A stretch of DNA of 62,662 nt, counting the filler, from Chiloscyllium plagiosum (taxonomy: Eukaryota), in assembly GCF_004010195.1 (NCBI RefSeq). It is 3 parts of one record of this genome, joined end to end, with 100 filler letters (N's around TTAATTAATTAA, not from the genome) between each part and the next. Parts side by side here need not be neighbours in the genome. Positions count along the whole stretch, not along the records: positions 42,389 to 62,662 come from NC_057711.1; 2 more parts are not named here. One strand, written 5' to 3'. Of the stretch, positions 50,671-62,402 are shown one piece after another. The stretch's first letter is position 1. Each line of letters begins with the position of its first letter. The notes beneath the pieces are model-generated. The model was not told where the DNA came from and made no database searches. It was given only the letters and a program-made list of their open reading frames with translations. A program made the position numbers and the translations under genes.

Positions 50671-51884
50671 TATGAAAGAGAGATACCAAGTATTTTATTT
50701 TACAAATGATGATCAGTAGCTTAGGGAAAATGGGCAAAAGCTAAGGGAACTGGTATCTGGAAGAATGGGTAGGTTATGTAATAGGATGTGGGGATCAGTT
50801 TACCAGAAAACCAAAATGAAATGGATCAAAATGCCATTTCATCCAAACTTCTGTTATGTGTATTAACTTGTGCCAGCGCCGTGGATCATCCTATGAATTC
50901 CCAACTGAATTTTGGAGACAGGGTTATGAGTAGCATGGAGGGTCAGGGTTCAAGCCTTTGGGGAATTTGGGAAATAATAATATACTTGAAGAAACAAATT
51001 AGTGTTTGCTGAATAGCTGTGGAAAATGGTATTGAAGTCGACAGCTCGAACACTGACAGGGTAGATGTAAGCCATTTATGCTGAATGCTAGGGATAGAGC
51101 ATGCAACAAACACTTAAGTTTTTATTACAACCATAGGTTCATCCTGTACAGAAACTTTTCTATTCCTAGAATCATAGAATCCCTATAGTGTGGAAGCAAG
51201 CCTGGAGCAGGGTGGAGAAAATGAACGAGGCAAGAAATTATCATAAGCCCAGAAGGTGGTCATTTTGCCTATGATGTCAATGTGAGCATTTTCTGAAAGC
51301 AATCCCATTACTAGCATTGTGATAATGCCAGTGGAGATTGGAGTTCAAATTCTGTCATGGCACACGATGAAATTTGAATCCAGTATAAACCTGGAATTTA
51401 AAATTAGCCCATGAAAATCGTGTAATCACTGTCAAATGTCATAAAAAGCCACCTGACTTATTCATACCTTTCGAGAAGGAAATTTGCCTCCTTGCTTGGC
51501 CTTGTTACATATAACTACTGTGGTTAAGTCTTAATTGCCCTCTGGGGCAGGCAATAAATGCTGGCCTAGCCAGCAACCCCCACATGTGAATGAAAAAAAA
51601 GTTCCACTTTGCTAGCCTCTCCCCAAAGCCCAAAATTTCTGCTTCAAGTATCCATTTAATCCTCTTTTGAAACTTACTGTTGAAACTGCTTCTCGCACTC
51701 TGAGGCAGTAAATGTCAGATCACAACTTGTGTTTTTAAAAAACTAATCTTGCTTATTGATCTTTGTCTACTAACTTCAATTTGTGTTCTTTGGTCAAGGA
51801 CCCTCCAGCTAATGCAAACAGTTTCTCCTTTTATATTCTTGTGAAACCCTTCATGCTGTTTTGAAACCGAAACAACAGCCAATA

Positions 51885-52520
51885 CTGGTAATCGGAAAGC
51901 AAAACAAAAAATGCTGGAAAAGCTCAGCAGTATCTGTGGAGAGAAATCAGAGTTAATGTTTTGGGTCCAGGAACCTTTTCTCAGAAAGGATGGTAACTTG
52001 GAAAAAGTGAGCTTTTATGCACAAGACAGGGCGCAGGGGCTCAGGAGTAAACTGTTGCTGGATGTAGAACCCAAAGAGAGAGAATAGTTAGATAGACAAA
52101 GGAGTGAATAAACATCAGCTGAGGAGAATGATTAGCTCTAATAGCGACAATTAGTGGCTAACAATGGGTTGTTTCTAACAGCAGACCATGTGATAAAAAA
52201 GTCTAGAGTATGTGGGTTGGGGTAAGGACATGGGAGAAGGTGCACCAAGCCTAAAAGTGATATTGAGATCAGAAGCTGTAGAGTTCCCAAGTGGAAAATG
52301 AGGTTCTGTGCTTCCAGCTTATGCTGAGCTTCACTGGAGCACTGCAGCAAGCCAGAGACAGATGTTGGCCAAGGAACAGAATAGTGTGTTGAAGTAGCAG
52401 GCAACTGAGACCTCAGGGTGTTTTTCGCAGACAGGATATTGGTGTTCTGCGAAACGGTCACCCAGTCTACGCTTCGGTTCCACAGATTTTGCCAGACCTG
52501 CTGAGCTTTCTGACAGTTTA
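51885..52520 (-). mobile_element. Older PLE 3' remnant (GIY-YIG C-terminus plus tail, second family)
   Basis: ORF 52138-52635 'EAQHKLEAQNLIFHLGTLQ'. Confidence 0.75.
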
Positions 52521-53758
52521 ACACCTCTGCTATTAAAGAAAGCAATCCTATTTTACGTGGACCATCCACGCAACTGAAGTTCTTCATTTTTGCTATCATT
52601 CTTAATAAAGTGCAGTGCTCAGAATTAGAAAGCACTCAGCAAATGCCCAACCGGAGAGCCAGATTAGTGTTTCAGCAGAACCAAAATTTTTTAAAAAGCA
52701 AGGCCAAAAGTGAGGAGTAACATTCATTAAGAAGTTGTTACCTTATTTAATAACACAAATGTTTGAGGCAAAAACATAGAATGAGAGAATCACAGGTTGT
52801 CATTCGAACAGAGGAAAGCATTAAATGGTGTGTGGATTGATAGTGTGGTATCTGCATTGATGGATGAAAGATGAATCCCGATTCCTGGAAACTACCCTGG
52901 ATCTGGGAAAAGTGGGACATCCATTCAAAGCAGTCTTTTATCTAAAAATGGAAAAATAGAGGCAGTGAACAAGTAAACGAAAGTAAAAAAGACATTGAAA
53001 GAGAGCATGTGTTTCAAGGCTGTGGGCTAGTCATCTAAATATGTAATCTGGCTTTGAATCAACAACAGCAATAGGCCACACTTGACTCATTTAACACCAC
53101 AAAATGTCCTGTGCTGCCTCAAAATTATTAAATGAGATACAGCACCATGCCAGAGGAGGAGATGTTGTCTTAAAACTCTTCATGAAAGAGTTTTAAGACA
53201 AAGAGAGATCAAGAGATTTTGGACGGATAATCCACAGGTTCAGGACAAAGTAACTGATGGCACAGTTACCAATGCTGAAACAAATAAAATTTGAAATTCT
53301 CATTAGGCCAGAATTAGAGGAGTATGATTTTCTTGGAAGCATTGTGTGGCTGAAAGAGGTTACAGGAGTGAGGGAATAAGGAACAAGTCCAGCTGACACA
53401 TGGCCATTTGCTGACTGCAGACATCCTTTGTGAAATGAGATTAATTGGTTACAGCAAATTGCATATTATTCTCTGCAACCAGCAATCTGAGTCAAGCCAG
53501 AGTTATTTGTTCATGAAGTCTAGGTGATCCTGGTAAAACCATCATTTAATACCAATCTTTTAATTGTCCTCAAATGTGATGATGAGTCACCTTACAGTCC
53601 ATCTGGTATAGATACATCTACGTGCTGTATGGGTGTTCGTAGGATTGCTTCCAGTGACAGTAAAGTGCTGGTGATGAAATGGTTTGTGACTTGGATGAGA
53701 CCTGTAGGTTATGGTGCATTTTGTGTATCAATGTAATATCCTGTGATTCTTCCTTTAG

Positions 53759-53849
53759 ATATCTGGATGACTCTGAAAATGAGATGGATCCAGAAATGGA
53801 AGAAGCATTTGAAAAGTTCTGTGCTGAAACAGAAAACAAGAGGAAATAG
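53759..53849 (+). CDS. PAIP1: PAIP1 last coding exon: (A)YLDDSENEMDPEMEEAFEKFCAETENKRK-stop (acidic C-terminal PAM1 region)
   Basis: Acceptor 'gattcttcctttag'; closely resembles the human C-terminus 'YLDDIDDEMDPEIEEAYEKFCLESERKRKQ' as I recall it. Phase is compatible with the upstream exon. Confidence 0.92.
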
Positions 53850-55600
53850 TGCAAAGAGGCGACAAACGATTCATTAGAAATGAAAAAAGACAAAAAAAAT
53901 TTGCGTTTTGAGTGTTTATTTGAAAAAAAAGAACAAAAAAAACTTTTGAATTTCAAAAGATGTGCAGGTAATTTAAAGACAAACTGAAGAAGCATTTTCA
54001 TTTTTCTTGTGCCATTGAAAGCATTGCAGGAAAAATTCTGTTGGAGTCCACCTAAAACTGTTGGTGAATGCATCACAAAAATGCCCAAGCAGAATCTACC
54101 GATTGATACATGCTGTACTTTTAATGAGACTCTTTTGTAATATAGTTTGTTATAGTTTTATTTTTATGTAAAAGTTGCAAGTTTAAAACTAAAATAAAAC
54201 GATTCTTTGTAATGGGCTGCATTGCTTCGTGAAGCACACTAAAGATTTTTACTTGCCTAACCAGTATGTAATTTAAGGAGGAAAGGGGCTTCTTAACTGG
54301 CAGAGGGAGAGGTTCGTATCCCACACAAGCTGATTAGGATGGAGAGATGTATGTACATACACAAACCGGTAGTTTGAGGCAAAGAGGAGAACTGAGAATT
54401 ACAGCACGAGTGCGATGACATGGTAGGGAGGGAGGTGTATGTGTACACGCATATGGTAATTGATTACGGATGTGTATTCAGATTGGCAATTTGCCAACAT
54501 TGTGCACTTTAATGACCCATGCAAATTTTTAAACAAAATTGGGAACTTATAGGTAAATGTTAAAGAAACTTGATGTACTTTGATAAGATATTTGTATAAT
54601 TTAATGTTTTAGCTTCTCTTTTTTCTGAAAAATGTCCATTCCAAAACGTACACATTAGTTACCACAGCCTTACACTGCCATCCATCTGATGTCTCCATGA
54701 TTGTTGCTCTCTATTACAAGGTGAGAGCTGTTGACCATTTGAAAAAGGCAGGTATACAAAAACCATCAACCTTTATCCTAACAATTCACCTCACTTTACT
54801 CAACTACGATTGTAGTGCTGTCAATTTTCATCAGTGTGTTTTGAGAAAAGGGTTGTTAGGGAGTAATGTATAAGTATTAGAGTGACAGATGCTTCAGATG
54901 CAGGGATGGTTCCTTGCCATTTGGGACTTGTAATTAAACTCAAATCCAGTTTGGCCTCACAGGAATTTTAAGCGTCACTTGTGTCTCTTTCTCTGTTTCT
55001 CAGGAATTTATTCATACAGTATCTGGCTTGTCTGTGTACTTCCTGTTTTTTATTTGGAACAATGTTAATTGTAAATAAAGAATATTTTAATTTCTTTCCA
55101 ATTGGCTCCTTCAGAGCAACAAACAGCAAAAGTCCTTCACCCAGCAGTTAAAAGCCAGTGATACTGAATTGCTCTACTGACTTGCACACCTCATTGAAAC
55201 TATCCACAATTGCGGTCTGAATGTATCCCCACCCCCTCAGTGAGGAGTATATCTACCTTCTGGACAGCACCATCCACCAGTAACTGTGCCTGGGAGATCA
55301 CTCGTATCACTACACCTGGAGGCTAGTCCAAAGCATAGTCCTTATTTGTAGTCTCAGTTATTGTTGCCTTTAGAAAATAGTGCCCAAACCATATCTACTC
55401 TCAGTAGGCACTACAAAAAGCCTCCAAGCAGCAGTCCCAGTATCTGAGCAGTGCCTTTGTTTTTCAGTCTTATTTACTTGAAATGTAGATGTTTACACTG
55501 TTCCTAAATTGTATATAACAATGCATGAGAGAACCTTGTGGGCTTTTTTCCTTCCCCTGTTGCTGGTAAATAAATTTTGATGTGTTTGTAATCCTCGGTT
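53850..55600 (+). other. PAIP1: PAIP1 3'UTR with candidate polyA signals AATAAA at 54193, 55074 and 55569
   Basis: AU-rich and free of the repeats that saturate the flanks; the distal signal is followed by a GT/T-rich tract. Confidence 0.7.
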
Positions 55601-56126
55601 TGTATTTTCAATTCTGTGGTGAGCTATTTAAAATGTATGTATGCAATGGGTGAGTTGACACCTGTCTCTGAGCTGGGAGGATTGATTTCACATCCCACTT
55701 GAACTTTTTTGGTTACAAGGTGTGTTCATGCAGCCTAAAGCAGGCTGTACATTATCCTGCAAAATCCTGCTAACATTCCACGCCAGCCTACAAAGAAGAG
55801 GAATGTGGAGGTCCAAAAATCACATAAATAATGGTTCAAGTGGCTGCAAGGAGGTGTGGTTCAATGGATTTGAAATGTTGTATTTGAACATCTGTGATGT
55901 ATATGACTGCATTGCACTGTGCTTCAAGGGGCCCTGCATGGGAAGGATAGGAATAATCAAGTCTGGAGAATACAGAAGCAAGGATGAGGAGTTCTGCTGC
56001 TGATGGGTGGGATGGGGAAGGTAACAATTATTATCCATACAAGGCCAACTCTGGTCATCGTCAACAATTTCAGCCTCTGCTAAACTTCTGATCCTGTGGT
56101 AGTTGTTGGAATTTTAGTTCAATTAA

Positions 56127-57120
56127 CAAACCCACCCACTCCCACAGCTACCTGGATTATACCTCTTCCCACCCTACCTCCTGCAAAAATGCTATCCTGA
56201 TTCCCAAATCCTCTGCCTCCGCCCTAACTGCTCCCAGCAGGACCAGTTCCACTGCAGAACACACCAGATGGCCGCCTCCTTTAAAGACTGCAATTTCCCA
56301 TGCCATGTGGTTGAAGATGCCCTCCAACGCATCTTATCCACGTCCCACACCTCCGCCCTCAAACCCCACCCCTCCAACCGCAACAAGGATAGAACCTCCC
56401 CACCCTACCAAACTTTGCATAAACCGCATCATCCGCTGACATTTCCGTCACTCCTCTACTGTGCCCAAGAATTGCCACGTGAGCACATTACCAGAGGGCT
56501 GCCTGCGGTCTCCTCTACATTGGGGAGACTGGACGCCTCCTAGCAGAGCGCCACTTTAGGGAACATCTCCAGGACACCCACACCAATCAACCACACCGCC
56601 CTGTGGCCCAACGTTTCAACTCCCCCTCCCACTCTGCCGAGGACATGGAGGTCCTGGGCCTCCTTCACTGCCGCTCCCTCACCACCCGACGCCTGGAGGA
56701 AGAACGCCTCAACTTCTGTCTCTTAACACTTCACCCCAGGGCATCAATGTGGACTTCACCAGTTTTTGTTATTTCCCCTGCCCTCACCTTATCCCAGTTC
56801 CAACCTTCCAGCTCAGCCCCATCCTCATGACCTGTCCTATCTGCCAATTGTCCTTTCCACCTATCCGCTCCACCACCCTCTCTGACCTGTCACCTTCATT
56901 CCCACTTCCATCGACTTATTGTACTCTTGGCTACCTTCTCCCCGGTCCCACACCCCTCCAAATTATCTCTCCACCCGGGAGGCTCCCTGCCTTCATTCCT
57001 GATGAAGGGCTTTTGCTTGAAACATCGATTTTCCTGCTACTCGGATGCTGCCTGACCTGTACTTTTCCAGCACCACTCTCATCTTGACTGGTCTCCAGCA
57101 TCTGCAGTCCTCATGTTTGC
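56127..57120 (+). mobile_element. PLE 3' part (RT C-terminus, internally deleted GIY-YIG, tail with hammerhead)
   Basis: 'aaacccacccactcccacagctacctggattatacc' (KPTxSHSYLDY), 'tacattggggagactggacgc' (YIGETGR), 'RRLEEERL' and 'cctgatgaagggcttttgcttgaaacatcg'. Confidence 0.88.
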
Positions 57121-57660
57121 TAAATCTGGAATATAAAGCTAGTTTCATTAATGGTGACTGACAACTATTGTTTTTTTTGTTGTAAAAACACATGTTTCAC
57201 TAATGTCCTTTAGGGAAGAAAATCTGTTCTCGCCCAGTCTGGCCTATGTAACTCCATGTCTACAGCTATGCAGTTAATTCAAATCGCTCGCTGAAATATC
57301 CTTCGTGAGATACTCTGTTCAAGCAAGGAATGTTAGGTTTGTGTACCAAATGATGGCCTTGCCAGTGACACCACATCCCATCAAAGAAAAAAAACGGATT
57401 TGCTCTCAAGTTTCTGTTTACTTTCTGCAGAATGAATTTAATTTGTACCTTTAGAGAGTTCTGTGGAGTACTGACGTTTGTTGCAAATAAGCATCAGTTT
57501 TACTGCTGACAGGTAGGGTCAGCCTTTCCCAATACTAGGTCTGATCAGTCAGTTCTAGTGAGCAGCACCAAATGTATCAGTCAACTCCAGTGTGCAGGTA
57601 AACATTGATATAAACATTATTCATTGCCACCAGTCGTTTCAATGCTGAATTGCTAATGAA

Positions 57661-57750
57661 CCACCTGATGAAGGAGCGGCACTCAGAAAGCTAGTGTGCT
57701 TTCAATTAAACCTGTTGGACTATAATCTGGTGTGTGATTTTTAACTTTGT
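57661..57750 (+). mobile_element. Third-family PLE tail with a hammerhead-like motif (CTGATGA-AGGAGCGGCACTCA-GAAAGCT)
   Basis: Core boxes are visible; downstream 'aattaaacctgttggactataa' is shared with 38776-38865 and 21378-21570. Confidence 0.6.
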
Positions 57751-58723
57751 CTAATGAGAGAAGATTGAACAGGTTGGACCGAACCTGGTTTAAAAGAAGG
57801 AAATGTGTTGCAGATTTTGAGGAGCCTTAGGCGAGATGCTGAACAGATATTTCCTCTCATAGGGTTATCTAGAACGCTCTATAATTTCAAAATAAGCTAT
57901 CACCCATTTGAGTGTGATGAGCAATTTCTCCTCTCAGGAGGGCCATCCGAGTAGCAGGAATTTGTTGACCCAGAGAGAGGTGGAGGTTCAGATGTTTGAA
58001 TGTATTCAAACCAGAGCTAGACAGAAATTTGGTTGGTAAGGGAGAGTCATGCATGAAGGTGAATACTTTCCTAATCAGTCTGTTCAGATATGCTATTATA
58101 TATCTCCGGAGTAGCTGGAAATTGAACCCAGGCTTCCCAGTTCAAAGGTAGGACACAACCACGGCACAAGATCCCTTTGGGCATTAAATTTAAGCATATA
58201 ATCAGATCAGCCATAACCTTAGTGAACTTATCCTGTTGCCTCTAATTATGACCCTATAATTCAGCAGTCAATTTGTAAACAGGAGTTTTCCACAAATGGC
58301 AATTTGATACTGATGGGATGATTTGTTTCCATAATGCTTGTTTAATACAGGCCAGAGCACCAAAGACAATTTCTGTGCTGTCTGTCATTTTTCTAAACTT
58401 TAATGAGTCTGTTGGGCTGCACTCAATTTTCCTCCATACCTTGGATCAACCTAATGAATCTTCTCTGCCTCCCATACTAATATTTTTTCCCTTTGATAAG
58501 GGGTTCAAAAGAATTTATAGCATTTGAAGTGTGGTATAAACTAGTGTCTTGCATAGCTTTTTATTCCTATTTTTGTATTCCATTTTCTTTATAAAGGCTA
58601 ATATTCTATTTGCAATTCCTAGAACCTATTTATATTAACTTATATGGCAGTGTATTTTTATTCATGTATGAAAACTTCCAAATCCCTCTGCGCAGTAGCA
58701 TTTTGCATTCTTTCTCCATTTAA

Positions 58724-59460
58724 TGGCCAAGGTCTCTTTCCAAGAGTGGGGGAGTCCAAAGCTCGAGAAAAGAGGTTTAAGAGAGGCAAGGACTTGAGGG
58801 GTAACTTTTTCATGCAGAGGGTGGTGCGTGTCCAGGATGAGCTGCCAGAGAAAGTGATGGAGACTAGTACAATTACAACATTTAAAAGGCATCTGGATGG
58901 GATATGAATAGGAAGGGTTTAGAGGGATATGGGCTAAATGTTGGCAAATCAGACTAGATTAATTTAAGATATCTAGTCGCATGGATGTGTTGGACCAAAC
59001 AGTCTATTTCCGAACAATCCAACACATCCATGCCGATGAGATATCTTAAATTAATCTAGTCTGATTTGCCAACATTTGGCCCATATCCTTGAAACCCTTC
59101 GTATTCATATCCCTTTCAGATGCCTTTTAAATGTTGTAATTTGCAAGCCTCCACCACTTCCTTTGGTAATTTTTTCCATACATGCACCACTCTGTGTGAA
59201 ATAGATTCCCCATAGGTCCCTTTTAAATCTTTCCCCTGTCAACTTAAACCTATGCCCTCTAGTTTTGGACTACCTATTCTGGGAAAAAGACCTTGACTAT
59301 TCAGTCTAATGAAGCCCCTCATGATTTTATAAACTTCTCTGCCTCTGACGCTCCAGGAAAAATAACCCCAGCCCATTCAGCCTCTCCCTGTAGCTCAAAT
59401 CTCCAACCTTGGCAACATCCTTGTAGATCTTTTTTGAACCCTTTCAAGTTTAACAACATC
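58724..59460. mobile_element. Two CR1 3' fragments tail-to-tail forming an inverted repeat
   Basis: + copy ~58724-59010 and - copy ~59017-59460. Confidence 0.88.
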
Positions 59461-60029
59461 TTGCTTACTTATATTATAAATAGTTATGGTCCGAGTGATA
59501 GTAATTCCTGTGGTAAGCTACTAATTACGGTTCTGAGGAAAGGGCACTCCCTCTGATTTCTCTCCATCCACCTGCTGTGCTTTTCCAGTAATTTCCATTT
59601 TTACCACTAATTACAAGTTCTCATCCTGGAAATGCCCCCTTTCCCAACTCAATCTTCTATTAGTTAGCCAATTTAACAATTTTTGACAAATGGATGGTGG
59701 GCTGAGGGGCCCATTCCTGTGCTGTATTGTTCCAATTTGAATATGCAACCTTCCCTAGGGAGTTAGATGCACTCCCTTTGCACCCCTTAATGTTGCATTC
59801 TTTAATGTGCATTAATCTCTGGCTTTTGTACCAAAACTAAATTCTTCGTATTGCTCTTCATTTGTCACCCGTTCCATGGCATCATTCCCGTGAATCTTTC
59901 TGGACCCTCTCTTTATTTTTTTCTGTCAGCTCAGAGTAATTTGATAAATCTCCATTCTATCATCTAAATGATAGTGAGTTGGGGACAATTGTACTGTATA
60001 TGGTGCAGTGTGCGTCTGAGGGGAACTGT

Positions 60030-60200
60030 GCACTAGGCCGCGAGCCATCACCTCGGCAACCCATCACCATGGCCACCGCGGCCGGCCAATAGCAGGCGGT
60101 GTTAGTCAGGGATGGGGGAAAGAGGTAGCCAATGGCGTTCCGGGACCGGGCCGGAGCCTGGCGGTAAATTTGAACCGAGCGGCCGTTTGCCCGGGCAGTG
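60030..60200 (+). promoter_or_regulatory. CpG-rich TATA-less promoter: CCAAT boxes (60086-60090, 60129-60133), CDE TGGCGG (60159-60164), 4-nt spacer, CHR TTTGAA (60169-60174)
   Basis: Motifs read directly. CDE-N4-CHR plus NF-Y boxes is the established architecture of DREAM/MMB-regulated G2/M promoters. Confidence 0.8.
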
Positions 60201-60332
60201 GGGATTCAGAGAGACGGACGACCCAGGCATCAGGCGAGGGAACGCGCCTCATTCATTTTATCGATAAACCCAAATATTTGAATATTGTCCATTGCCGCTT
60301 GGAGAGAGTAATTTGGAGGAGAAGGCCGGTGG
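60175..60332 (+). other. Probable non-coding first exon of the downstream gene (start approximate), donor GG|GTAAGT
   Basis: Consensus donor immediately downstream of the promoter; no ATG between 60175 and 60332. Confidence 0.55.
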
Positions 60333-60573
60333 GTAAGTGTGTGGGCGACACAGGGATTAGGGAAAGCTGCGAGGAGGATGCAGCAGGGTGTTGACAGGCT
60401 GGAGAAATAGCGGATGGAGTTTAATCCGGACAAACGTGAGAGGTGATGCATTTTGGAAGGTCTAATGCAGGAGGGAAGTATGCAGCAAATGCAGAACTCT
60501 TGGGAGCATTAACACACACAGGTCCACAATTCCCAGAAAGTGGCAACTCAAACGGGTAAGGTGGTCCAGAAGG

Positions 60574-60770
60574 GGATAGTGAGGGCTGCAGATGCTGGAG
60601 AAGTCAGGGTTGGTAAAGTGTGGCGCTGGGAAAAGCGCAGCAGGTCAAGCAGCATCAGAGGAGCAGGAGAGTCGATGTTTCGGGCTTGGGATTAAACCCG
60701 AAGCATTTACTGTCTCGCTCCTGAGATGCTGCCTCACCTGCTGTGCATTTTCCAGTGTCACACTTTATCG
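60574..60770. mobile_element. Degenerate palindromic PLE-tail element nested in a CR1 fragment (~60385-61110)
   Basis: Inverted arms; imperfect TSD aaggtggtccagaagg / aaggtggtcaaggagg. Confidence 0.75.
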
Positions 60771-61220
60771 AAGGTGGTCAAGGAGGCAAATGGTACACTT
60801 GTCTTCCTTAGTCAGCCTGTAGAATATAAAAATTGGCAAGTCATGTTACAGCTGTAGAGAGCTTTACTTTAGGCCATGTTTGGAATATTGTGTACAGTTC
60901 TGGTTGCCCTGTGACTAGAGGATGTGGAAGTTCTGGAGAGGGTATACAAAAGCAATGTTTAAAAGGCACCTTGACAGATCCATGAATGGGCACTGCCTAG
61001 AAGGACATGGATAGCATGGGGAAATTGTTTTAATTTAGAAAGGCATCACATGTTGGTGCAGAGTCTTGGTGAACCAAAGGATCTGTTCCTGTACTGTAAT
61101 GTTCTCTGTTCTAATTATCATCAGTTTTCGGTGAGAGACTTTCACTTCAGAGCTCTTACCAAAGGCGTCTCACCCATGATCTTCTCTAATACAGCATACT
61201 TTTTATTAACTGGCACCTAT

Positions 61221-61490
61221 GGGTGGTGTGATGGCTCACTGGTTAGCACTGCTGCTTAACAGTGCCAGGAACCTAGGTTCGATTCCAGCCTCTGGCAACT
61301 GTGAGGAGTTTGCATGTTCTCCTCCTGTCTGTGTGAATTTCTTCTGGGTGCTCTGGTTTCCTTCCATAGTGTAGGTTAGGTGGATTGGCCATGATAAATT
61401 GCCTAAAGAGTCCAGAACATGCAGGTTTGGTGGATTAGCCAAGGGAATGCAGAGATACGGTCATAGGTTGGAATCTGTTCGGAGGGGCCA
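61221..61490 (+). mobile_element. HE1-like SINE
   Basis: 'ggctcactggttagcactgctgc...ggttcgattccagcctc'; similar to 4203-4525. Confidence 0.8.
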
Positions 61491-61616
61491 TTTCCTTTGG
61501 TCTGAGATTTAATGATAATCGGTTTTAAATATTGTCCATTTTCTTTTGGTTAGAGACTTTCTCTTCAGTGCTGTGACCAAAGGCAGTCCGATCCATAATA
61601 GCCGTGATCCTCTCCA

Positions 61617-61995
61617 ATACAGCAAGCTTTTTATTAACTGGCATCGATGGGTCCAGGAATGTAACAATTGATCAAATATTCCAGTTAATCAAAAGGTCTG
61701 ATTGATTGATTGATTAATGGAAAAGCACACACTAAGTATTAGAAAAGTCATGTGTGGATATACACATCATTTTCGTATTTTATTTACAACATAAATCACT
61801 GAATTAACAATGCCACTTTGCGTCAATGAAAACTTACCAGCAGAGAGCCTTCTCACTCGTGGCCTCACCTGACGACTTGAACATTGCGGAGATCACAATA
61901 ATAGAGTAAATTTCTGGTATTTCAGGTATATAAGTTTTTTGCCAGTTTATTGAGCGAGTCAATTCATGAGGTGCCAGTTAAATATATAGTCGGGT
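61617..61995. mobile_element. Possible pogo/Tigger-like MITE
   Basis: 'tacagcaagctttttattaactggcatc' ... 'gtgccagttaaatata': imperfect TIRs with a TA|CAG start. Confidence 0.4.
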
Positions 61996-62402
61996 GCAAA
62001 GGTACTTCCTGAATTCACCTCTGTGCTGTTGGTGTGAATCCAATCTGCAGTGACCAACCAGCCAACTTTGCTGATCTATCTGCCGGTCACTGTCGTGACA
62101 TATACTTGTATATCCAAGTGTGGCCGCACTTGGAGTATTGCATACAGCTCTGGTCACTGCATTATAGGAAGGATGTGGAAGCTTTGAAAAGGTGCAGAGG
62201 ACCTACCCTCAGACGAAGACCTTGACTATTCACCCTATTTATACCCCTCATGATTTTATAAATCTCTCCAAGGTCGCCCTTCAGCCTCAGAAACTCCAGA
62301 GAAAATAGCTCCAGCCTATTCAGCCTCAAACCCTGGCAACATCCTTGTAAATCTTTTCTGAACCCTTTCAAGTTTCACAACATCCTTCCCATGCGGTGCG
62401 GG

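Noticed and set aside
53618..54088. 156-aa minus-strand ORF
   Set aside because: It is an antisense shadow of the PAIP1 last exon and A-rich UTR, with low-complexity F/S content.
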